This document shows positions 1-9,052 of a stretch of DNA of 64,000 bases, one piece after another. Both the position numbers and the translations under genes were made by a program. The notes beneath the pieces are model-generated. The model saw only the letters and a program-made list of their open reading frames with translations. It was not told where the DNA came from and did not search any database. The DNA is from Gonapodya sp. JEL0774 (Eukaryota), in the NCBI GenBank assembly GCA_027604505.1, contig JADIIX010000027.1:1-64000 (forward strand), given 5' to 3'. How positions within the stretch are numbered: the stretch's first letter is position 1; each line of letters starts with the position of its first letter.

Positions 1-143
1 CCTTGCGCACGATAATATTATTATTTACATAAGGTCATGTAAAATGTTGGTTTCTAGAGCACTGTGGTGATGTTACCCGTATGTTTATTAACTGTGGGTC
101 ATGACCTGCCGTTGGTGACCCATGACCCACAGTGCGCAGACTG
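1..143. mobile_element. Right end of a probable hAT-like DNA transposon (partial, continues beyond window start)
   Basis: Ends ...GACCCATGACCCACAGTGCGCAGACTG at 143, which reads CAGTCTGCGCACTGTGGGTCATGGGTC on the minus strand: a CAG-starting terminus with GACCC/GGGTC subterminal motifs as in hAT elements. It abuts the middle of an array unit. The other end is not in the window. Confidence 0.5.
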
Positions 144-1627
144 TGTGGTCAAGTCAACAAGATCCATTTGAAAGTGGAAAAACTACAGTGACAGGTTGTT
201 TGATCTACTGACTTCCGGGTTATGACACACTGCTTGTTGAGAGAGCAAGAACTCAGTGAAAAAGTAAAACAAAAGCAAAAAACAAAAAATTATAGCGACG
301 AGTAGTTTCGATCTACCGACTTCCGGGTTATGATGCACTGCTTGTTGAGAGAGCAAGAACTCAGTGAAACAGTAAAAAAACTTAGCGATGGGTAGTTTCG
401 ATCTACCGACTTCCGGGTTATGATGCCCTCTGTGGTCAAGTCAACAAGAGCTCATTTGAAAGTGGAAAAACTACAGTGACAGGTTGTTTGATCTACTGAC
501 TTCTGGGTTATGAGACACTGCTTGTTGGGAGAGCAAGAACTCAGTTGAAAAAGGAAAAGATATAGCGACGGGTAGTTTCGATCTACTGACTTCCGGGTTA
601 TGAGACACTGCTTGTTGAGGGAGCAAGAACTCAGTTGACAAAGGAAAAAAATTAGCGATGGGTAGTTTTGATCTACCGACTTCCGGGTTATGAGACACTG
701 CTTGTTGAGAGAGCAAGAACTCAAGTGAAAAAGTAAAACAAAAGTAAAAATTATAGCGACGGGTAGCTTCGATCTACCGACTTCTGGGTTATGAGACACT
801 GGTTGTTGAGAGAGCAAGAGCGAATTACAAAAAAAAAGAATAGCGACGGGTAGTTTCGATCTACCGACTTCCGGGTTATGACACGCTGCATGTTGAGAGA
901 GCAAGAACTCAGTGAAGCAGTGAAAAAATATAGCGACGGGTAGTTTCGATCTACTGACTTCTGGGTTATGATACACTGCTTGTTGAGAGGGCAAGAGCTC
1001 ATTTGTAAAAGTAATAAAATATAGCGACGGGTAGTTTCGATCTACCGACTTCCGGGTTATGATGCACTCTCTGGTCAAGTCAGCAAGCTCCATTTGAAAA
1101 AGGAAAAAGTATAGCAACAGGTAGTTTTGATCTACCGACTTCCAGGTTAATGGTTATGAGACACTGCTTGTTGAGAGAGCAAGAACTCAGTTGAAAAGGC
1201 AAAAATATAGCAACGGGTAGTTTTGATCTACCGACTTCTGGGTTAGGGTTAGCTGCTTGTTGAGAGAGCAAGAGCTCAGTGAAACAGTAAAAAAACTTAG
1301 CGACGGGTAGTTTCGATCTACCGACTTCCGGGTTATGATGCACTCTGTGGTCAAGTCAGCAAGATCCATTTGAAAAGGTAAAAACAATAGCGACGGGTAG
1401 TTTCGATCTACTGACTTCCAGGTTATGAGAAACTGCTTGTTGAGAGAGCAGGAGCTCATTTTGAAAAAGTAGAACAAAAGTAAAAATTTATAGCGACGGG
1501 TAGTTTCGATCTACCGACTTCCGGGTTATGAGACACTGCTTGTTGAGAGAGCTAGAACTCAGTGAAGCAGTGAAAAAATATAGTGACGGGTAGTTTCAAT
1601 CTACCGACTTCCAGGTTATGACATGCT
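144..1627 (-). repeat. Tandem array of 16 ~90-bp units, each containing the 3' half of initiator tRNA-Met
   Basis: Core TAGCGACGGGTAGTTTCGATCTACCGACTTCCGGGTTATGA (+) starts at about 186, 293, 383, 474, 563, 653, 754, 841, 931, 1022, 1112, 1208, 1298, 1388, 1491 and 1581 (spacing 87-107, mostly 90). Its reverse complement matches the anticodon loop through the discriminator of the tRNA at 2720-2795. Confidence 0.95.
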
Positions 1628-2696
1628 TAAAGCATCTACGATTCAGTTCGATTCCGATTCAATTTTAATCGATCGTGGCAAAATTTGCCAATCGAAAATC
1701 GACTGGGAATCGACCGAGTGGTGGCAATTGCGATGGGGGAATCGATCGCCTGAGGGGCGATTCCGATTCCCAAATCGACCCATCCCAGCGCAAAATGCAG
1801 TATTTCACCGACAAATCAATGTAAAATCGCTGCAATACATTGTAATGATTTTCAATCGGAGCTTTTCGGTGGCGTTATTGGAATCGTGAGTTGATTGAGT
1901 GGTGATGGGTTCAAGGGGTTGCAAGAGCGTCCGGAAACTCTTGGTTTGCGTCAACTGGCATAGCAACATCACGGAGTATCATGTCTGGTCACGGACAGTC
2001 TCCTACAACGCTGATGCAGCATCACAAACAGGCAATCATGTTCAAGTGACCTCCGGGTACTCTAGTTGTTGCTTTGGAAATTGAAGCAGGACACAAAAGG
2101 AGGAGGTGAGCAATGTGAATGAATGCTTTGGTTCCAAGTCTTCATTTACTGAAACTACAGTCTGTGTCTATCTCAAGTGGATGATGAAGGCAACAAGCAC
2201 ACTCGGGGCCTAAAGGGGACAATCTCAGTCTGAGTCACACCTCTTTTTACCATTTTAGAATAGTATCATAAATGTAAAGAAATGGGTGAATATTCCAGAT
2301 ATCAACTGCACCATGTGTCAATCAACAGTTTTGGTGACAGAGAACAGTGTGTGGCCTGGGTTTGTGGGATTATACTCACCACATAGCACACAGCACACAT
2401 CAAAGAGGGCATTCCCTGTTCCAAAATAGTGGCAGTTGCAAGATATTAAAAATGATATTTGAGTTAAAAGGGAAATTTGCGCTATTTTACTATCAAATTG
2501 AACCGAAATCGAGCCGAATCGAAAATTTTCTGCACACTGAACAAATCGAACCGAATCAATCGCAAAACCCAGGAATCGAATCAAAAATTGACCGAGTGGT
2601 AAAAATTTCGATTATTAATAGATTGTGGGCTTGGAAATCGCTTCGGAATCAATCGGGAGGTTGAAAATCGAATCGAATCGAATTGTAGATGCTTTA
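1628..2696. mobile_element. ~1.07-kb non-autonomous TIR element (hAT-like)
   Basis: Left end TAAAGCATCTACGATTC (1628) and right end GAATTGTAGATGCTTTA (2696) are inverted repeats. Dense AATCGA/TCGATT subterminal motifs at both ends. No long ORF and no target-site duplication seen. Confidence 0.8.
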
Positions 2697-2719
2697 CTCA
2701 TTTGAAAAAGAAAAAATTA

Positions 2720-2795
2720 TAGCGACGGGTAGTTTCGATCTACCGACTTCCGGGTTATGAGCCCGGCGCTCTGAGACCAGCTGAGCTACGTCGCA
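2720..2795 (-). tRNA. tRNA-iMet: Initiator-type tRNA-Met (CAT), full length, with atypical T1 and D-loop
   Basis: Minus strand TGCGACGTAGCTCAGCTGGTCTCAGAGCGCCGGGCTCATAACCCGGAAGTCGGTAGATCGAAACTACCCGTCGCTA folds as a cloverleaf: D stem GCTC/GAGC; anticodon stem CCGGG/CCCGG with three G:C pairs; loop CTCATAA; T loop ATCGAAA (A54/A60, eukaryotic initiator hallmark). An oligo-T tract follows. Confidence 0.88.
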
Positions 2796-2829
2796 CAACA
2801 AACTCGTTGAAAGCGTGAGCACTTTCAAG

Positions 2830-2840
2830 TATATATTTAT
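2830..2840 (-). promoter_or_regulatory. TATA-like element ~35-45 bp upstream of tRNA-iMet
   Basis: TATATATTTAT at 2830-2840. A similar TATACATATTT lies at the same offset (7710-7720) from the truncated tRNA copy. Confidence 0.45.
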
Positions 2841-2929
2841 TAAGCTTATGTAGTAACAGTCCTGGATTCCATTACCCAACTGCTGTTCTTGGAATTGGCA
2901 TCCTCCAATCCCCTATGAAGCTAGCATCC

Positions 2930-4432
2930 GCTCACCGGCGGAACCCACTTGAAAAGGAACCAAACCACTGGAAATAATGACCGGGATCTACGATGCCCCG
3001 GCACTGCTTGATGTTTTCGTCAATTCGTGGAGGGGGAGGTTCTGCGTGAAAGGACTGCCGACAGAGCAGGCGGGGCGAAACACACATGTGTAGATTCCGA
3101 CATGGACATGGATAGGAAGAAAACAAAACCTCCTGGAACCTGGACGAATCGTGTTTGGATAGAGGTGAGTGCTCGTTGGCTGCGATTCTGATTTACTTTC
3201 GAATATGCTTGACGCAGCTTCGCTTCATTTGAGTACAAATGCTCTACAACTCCACGCGAAGGACACCAGGTAGAGTCATCCACTTATGGCGGCAATTTTT
3301 CCTTCCCGTCTGTGCTCCCAGCGCACCCATTCACATTCCCCCATGGACAATCTGGGCCGTTACTTCAGTTGACAATATTGATTCCGTAATGAAAAGGTGC
3401 TCCGCGCAGGCAGAACACGCTTCCAAGCTGACCGTTTGTGCTGGATGTGAGTGAAACCCAGTGGCTGCATTCGTTTTGGTGTTTTACCGCCCGCGAGGAG
3501 TGATCATATGGTTCTATTCTTGCACTCAAAAGAATCACCTGCTACGAGAGATCAGGAGAAGCGACGACAAGATACGCGAAGACGAAAGAGGCATGGACGG
3601 GAAGAGCAAGGACGAGGAAACGTGAGGACTGGAGGAGCTAGGATAGGAGAAGCATGGGGGGAAGTAGTGAGGACGCGAGGACCGAGGACCGGAGACACAT
3701 GGACACAGGAGGGAGGACTAGAGAATTATGGACGGGAGGGAGCAGCGAGAACGAGTGAAACAAGGACAGGAGAAACATGGAGGTGGGGAGCGAGGACGGC
3801 AGAAACTACGACGATGGGAGGAACGACGACACAGAAACATGGACGGGAGAAGCGCCGAGCGAGGCGAAGAGGAGCTAGGACAAGCGAAACAATGACGGCA
3901 GAAGTGAGGACCGGGAGGTGTGAGGACGGGAGAAAACTGTACGGCAGGAGTGAGGACGGCGGAAGCGAAGACGAGAGGAGTGAGGACGACAGAAACGCGG
4001 ACCGAGAGGAGGGAGGACGGGAGGAAGGAGTAAGGACGAGGACCGGGGGGAGGACGGGAGAAACATGTACGGCAGAAGCGAGGACGGCAGAAGGAAAGAC
4101 GGGAGGAGTGAGGACGGCAGGACGCGGACCGAGAGGAGGGAGGACGGGAGGAAGGAGTGAGGACGAGGACCGGGGGGAGGACGGGAGAAACATGTACGGC
4201 AGGAGCGAGGACGGCAGAAGCAAAGACGGGAGGAGCGAGGACGGCAGAAACGGGGACGACAGGAGCGAGGACGGGAGAAACAAAGAATCAGTGATTTTAT
4301 AAAGCGCGGAGAAGCTTGTAGATATCGCAGACACATTTACATAAAGCAAATACTAATTGTACAATTATCTCTTAAATACACATGGTGGCGCGATTGCGAG
4401 CTATTGAATCGTGCCCATTGAGCTTGGTCAGT
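2930..4432. repeat. Direct repeat copy 1 (paralogous to 7822-9052), with expanded GA-rich minisatellite
   Basis: 2930-3790 aligns nearly base for base with 7822-8675. Weaker similarity continues to about 4432/9052. 3900-4280 contains many GAGGACGG(G/C)AG units. Confidence 0.9.
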
Positions 4433-4552
4433 TTCCAGTGCGGCGAATTCCTGTGCGGCGAATCGGCCAATGTTGGTGTGCCGTTCCTTCCACACACTCA
4501 CCACTCCACCACCAGAATCACCTTTTCAATCCCTCTTGCTGACGAAACCACA

Positions 4553-7342
4553 ATGAACAATCCGGTCAAGTACGATCCTTCTTACGACTGGGAAGGGGAG
4601 CCGGAACTCAGACGTCCACCCAGAGTCTATTCGCGGTCCGAGGTGGAAGAGCTGGAGAACAATGGGAATCTGGCGAATCCTCACGACGATGCCCCGATCG
4701 GCTACACCGGGCCTCCCACGTCGATTTCATCTCTTGGCACAAGGAGTTTCAAAGGCGTAGTGTACCATACTCCTCCGAGGAACCATCCTTCGTACCCGAA
4801 ACGGTGGTCCTGTATTGCGACACCCGAACCCGCTTCCAACTCTGAAACTCCCTCTCCTTTGAACGACGATCTCCAGTCAGACACATCTTCTGACTCAATT
4901 GGTGCTTCCAACTCGGACAATGGTGTTGAACAGGAACCCCCGCACGTTGGTGAGGAACTCCCCCAAAGATTTGTGTGGATCATTGACACCACTCACCAGT
5001 TTCCACGCCACTCTGACTTTTCCACACCCCAACCCCACACTCGCAACGTCCACAGACGACATGGATGTTGATGAACCCGAGTTTGCTCTCGACGATGAGA
5101 CGGAACAAATCGCTCAACTGCTCCAAGAAAGTGAAATCCGCTCGAGCGCGACACGTTTCGGTGAAGAAGCGTGTGCAGACGAATCGGAGGATGATGTTGC
5201 TGATGCGCCGCCTGCCGCCGCGTCTGGTCCAACTGGTGCTCGCAAACTGCCGGATTTCAGCACCATCACTTTGGACGAAATAGAAAACATGCGACGACTT
5301 CACAACTTGGTGATCTTTGAAAAAACTCGAGAGGCTCTTGATTCGCTCGAACCTCGTCCCTCACCCAGCGTCCTTCTCCAAATGAAAACGAGACTGCTCG
5401 CTTTGATTAAATGGCATGAAGAGAAATGCCCCGCGTGCACTGTTGAGGAGGCAAAGCATGTTTTCAATGTTGAGCGAAAGAACGATGCCGAATTTATCGA
5501 GTTGGCCAAGAAACAGTTCCCTCTGGACCGTGGGATCGTGTCCGTGTCACCTGGAATTCCGATCAGCCGTCACAAGTGTCTTCTTTCGTACCTCCCAATA
5601 TACGCGAAGCTCTTCCATTTTGACGATGTGATCGGGCCAGGGATACCCAGTCCAATCGAGGAACTTGACTCGTGCCACGCACCATCTTGGTCGTCAGCAG
5701 CAGCACATGTACTGGACCCTGTGTGGCATGGCCTTATTCACGCACCGAGCTTGCTTGCTCGGGCTGAAATGAATCTCGGGTACCAGCCTGTCGACTTGAT
5801 GAGGCCTCCGCTCACCATCACTGACGTGGCAAAGTACTCTGACTTGACCAAGAGTTTCACCAGTCGATTTGGGAACACCATAGAGAATGCGATACCTTCT
5901 CAAGCCGCTGTGAACTGGTCGTATCGTACGCAGATGGATCTCGAGTCCAAATCACCTGCTCTCTCCACTTTCTATTTTCAACGCACTGTGTGTGGGAGAT
6001 GGGGCAGGACGATGAAGGAGAAATTCCCACTGGGTACAGTCATTGTCGACATCAAGGATGTCTTGGAACGAGATCTCAAACAAGCTTTCGATCTGGCCAT
6101 CTCTCGCATGCCCGAGTCTGACCGGCAGGATGTTGTCCGTTACAAGCCAGAGTTTTTGGAAGGATATCAGCATGTTATTGCTATTTCTGAAACTTCAGCC
6201 TTTGTCAGCTCGGAAATGGAGCACCCTTGCGGTCCCATGGCTCGAGGTTCTTCTGGCGCTCCCTGGTCTATGCTCGCTTTGCACATTGGACGCTCTATTT
6301 TCCAAGTGGGAATTGTACCAAATCTGGACGGGCTATTGGGCATTGACGGCCAGTTTTCTGCTGGGAAATCTCACTACTTCACAATCTTGAGCGAGTTCAT
6401 CACCAAGTTGGAGCGGAGATCATCTGAACTGCTTGTTCAGATTGGCCGAACGACAAACAATGAAGACGATGTAGCTCGCTTGTGGAAACAATTTGAGCTG
6501 TTCACAAAGGAGCTAGGTGTGAGCAAGGAGAAGGCAAACAAAAGTGTGTTCACTTGGTTGATTTCTTCTACTGTCTTGATGTGGTTCGCTGCTTTGGTAT
6601 GCTTTTTTTTTTAACTCGCTTCTCTCTACCCTTTGTGCTTTTCGTCAGTTTTCCGTCTTGAAGGTCATGGTGCCCGTCATACTGGCTATCCTTCATGTGG
6701 CAAACATCGAACCCACCCCCAAGCTGCCCTTGATACCTCTCCTCAATCTTCTGCTCTCACTCCATCTTCAGGGTCCTCTCTTCCATTGAAATCACAACCA
6801 ATCTCCCATGTAGAAGCCCAACAGGCACTTGCGATTGTCAAATCAAACTCCCGATTCATGTCTTCCGCCAGCAAGTCTACAACGGCATTTCTCCAACAAA
6901 TGTGTGTCTTTGTGGATGAGAGGTTATCAGGTATTCCTACAGAAATTGATTCAGGCAAGTCATTCTGCTGCCTTTTTTTGATGCTGCACTGTGGACCTTA
7001 GTGTTTTCAACACTTAACCCCACGTACACAACAGAACTTCCGAATTTATTTGAGGGCCCTCCTGCATACTTCAAGTGTCCCACTCCAGGGTGTAATTCTG
7101 TCAAGATTCGTCGCCATTACTTTGACTTGTCTTGTCGCCATGTGTTCATGGTCCGAACAAATTGTCTGATTGCCAAAACGAGGACGAATTATAAGCTGGT
7201 CAGTACTCCAGGTACAGAACACCTGATTGTTACTAAAAAATCACGTTGGGACAAGTGGTGTCGGTTAGGGAAGTGTGGAGGTGCAACGGAGTGTTACAAG
7301 TGTGGGGAGAATCTTCCCCGTGAATGGTCAGGCAAAGGTTGA
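4553..7342 (+). CDS. Orphan spliced gene, unknown function, Cys-rich (zinc-ribbon-like) C-terminus
   Basis: ATG 4553. The GT-AG intron 4950-5055 joins the 4382 and 4899 ORFs in frame, giving a 1.5-kb open exon to 6596. A GC-AG intron from 6955 joins to a final exon with CPTPGC...CRH...CRLGKC...CYKC. The junction after 6597 is not resolved in frame. Confidence 0.6.
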
Positions 7343-7646
7343 GATTTCTTCTCGCTGATTTTCAAACAATAGATAATCAGTAATTGTTAGCTTTTGAATT
7401 TTGTACAACTTATACCAGCAAAATGGCAAATGTTCGCATAAGCATGCATGGACAAAATGCCAGTGTCCATGTCGATGACTCGATGTGGTGTCACTGTTGA
7501 GCCGGGCGACGCCAATAATTGATAATTGGAAAAAGAGTAGTTATTTCGTTCATATGACAGCAGTCTACTATTGTGGTATTTGACAGTAATCTACTGAATT
7601 GATACTCCATCTCGCTATTGTGCAGAAACCCCAACAATTCGATCTG

Positions 7647-7675
7647 CGGCGCTCCTCCAGCTGAGCTACGTCGCT
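7647..7675 (-). pseudogene. Truncated tRNA-iMet (5' half only)
   Basis: Minus strand AGCGACGTAGCTCAGCTGGAGGAGCGCCG is the acceptor 5' strand (canonical A1), D arm and start of the anticodon stem. It is followed by CAGATCGAA and unrelated sequence; no anticodon is present. Confidence 0.8.
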
Positions 7676-7821
7676 TTCCCCTTTGTTGCGAGAGAGGGAC
7701 CTTTTTGAATATACATATTTGGAAATTTCTATCGGCTGATGGGGACTCCTTCTGTCTGAAGTGGCGAGGTCACAGCTAGACGGTGAATGTGACTTTCCAC
7801 ATTCCCCCATCACAAGTGTCA

Positions 7822-9052
7822 GCTCACCGGCGGAACCCGCTCGAAAAGGAACCAAAACATTGGAAATAATGGCCTGGCTCTACGATGCCCCGGAACTGTT
7901 TGATGTTTTCGTCAATTCGTGGAGGGGGAGGTTCTGCGTGAAAGGACAGCGGACAGAGCAGGCGGGGCGAAACACACATGTGTAGATTCCAACATGGACA
8001 TGGATAGGAAGAAAACAAAACCTCCTGGAAGCGTGGACGAATCGTGTTTGGATAGAGGTGAGTGCTCGTTGGCTGCGATTCTGATTTACTTTCGAATATG
8101 CTTGACGCAGCTTCGCTTCATTTGAGTAAAAATGCTCTACAACTCCACGCGTAGGACACCAAGTAGAGTCATCCACTTATGGCGGCAATTTTTCCTTCCC
8201 GTCTGGGCTCCCAGCGCACCCATTCACATTCCCCCATGGACAATCTGGGCCGTTACTTCAGTTGACAATATTGATTCCGTAATGAAAAGGTGCTCCGCGC
8301 AGGCAGAACACGCTTCCAAGCTGACCATTTGTGCTGGATGTGAGTGAAACCCAGTGGCTGCATTCATTTTGATGTTTTACCGCCCGCGAGGAATGATCAA
8401 TTCTCGCACTCAAAAGAATCACCTGCTACGAGAGATCAGGAGAAGCGACGACAAGATACGCAAAGACGAAAGAGGCATGGACGGGAAGAGCAAGGACGAG
8501 GAAACGTGAGGACTGGAGGAGCTAGGATAGGAGAAGCATAGAGGGAAGAAGTGAGGACGCGAGGATCGAGGACCAGAGACACATGGACGGGAGGAGGGAG
8601 GACTAGAGAAATATCGACGGGAGGGAGCAGCGAGAACGAGTGAAACAAGGACGGGAGAAGCATGGAGGTGGGGAGTGAGGACGGGAGGAACGGTCACGGG
8701 CTTGCGAAACGTGGAGAGGGGAAACAATGACGGGAGGAGCGCTAAACCAGGCCCGCAGAAGCTATGGCAAGCGAAGCAAAGACGGTGGAAACATGGACGG
8801 GAACAGAGCGGAGCGACGCCTAGAGGAGCTAGGACAAGCGAAACAATGACGGCAGAAGTGAGGACCGGGAGGAGTGAGGACGGGAGAAGCGAGGACGGGA
8901 GAAACAAGGACATCATAATGCGCGGAGAAGGGTGCAGATATCACAGACACATTTACATAGAAGACCGAGCAAACAATAGTATACCTCTATCTATCAAATC
9001 TATGGTCGAGTGATTGCGAGCTATGGAGTCGTGTCCTTTGATCTTGGCCCGT
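7822..9052. repeat. Direct repeat copy 2 (paralogous to 2930-4432)
   Basis: Near-identical translated fragments in both copies (e.g. 3239..3454 vs 8132..8347). The minisatellite is shorter in this copy. Confidence 0.9.

Noticed and set aside
1240..1252. Telomere-like GGGTTAGGGTTAG
   Set aside because: Only two units, explained by local duplication of the core's GGGTTA.
452..1477. Repeat-protein ORFs (NPEVGRSKLPVA, ITRKSVDRNYP)
   Set aside because: These are translations of the tRNA-derived repeat. The frame shifts between units and there is no coding signal.
144..1627. CRISPR array
   Set aside because: The repeat is a tRNA 3' half, the spacers are related to each other and recur, no cas genes are present and the context is eukaryotic.
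7600..7675. Trans-spliced split tRNA pairing with the array's 3' halves
   Set aside because: No extended complementarity between the 5'-half trailer and the array leaders, and the GGG of the anticodon stem is missing from both pieces.
2930..9052. LTR retrotransposon with the direct repeats as LTRs
   Set aside because: No TG...CA ends, no TSD, no adjacent PBS or PPT, and no gag, RT or integrase motifs inside.
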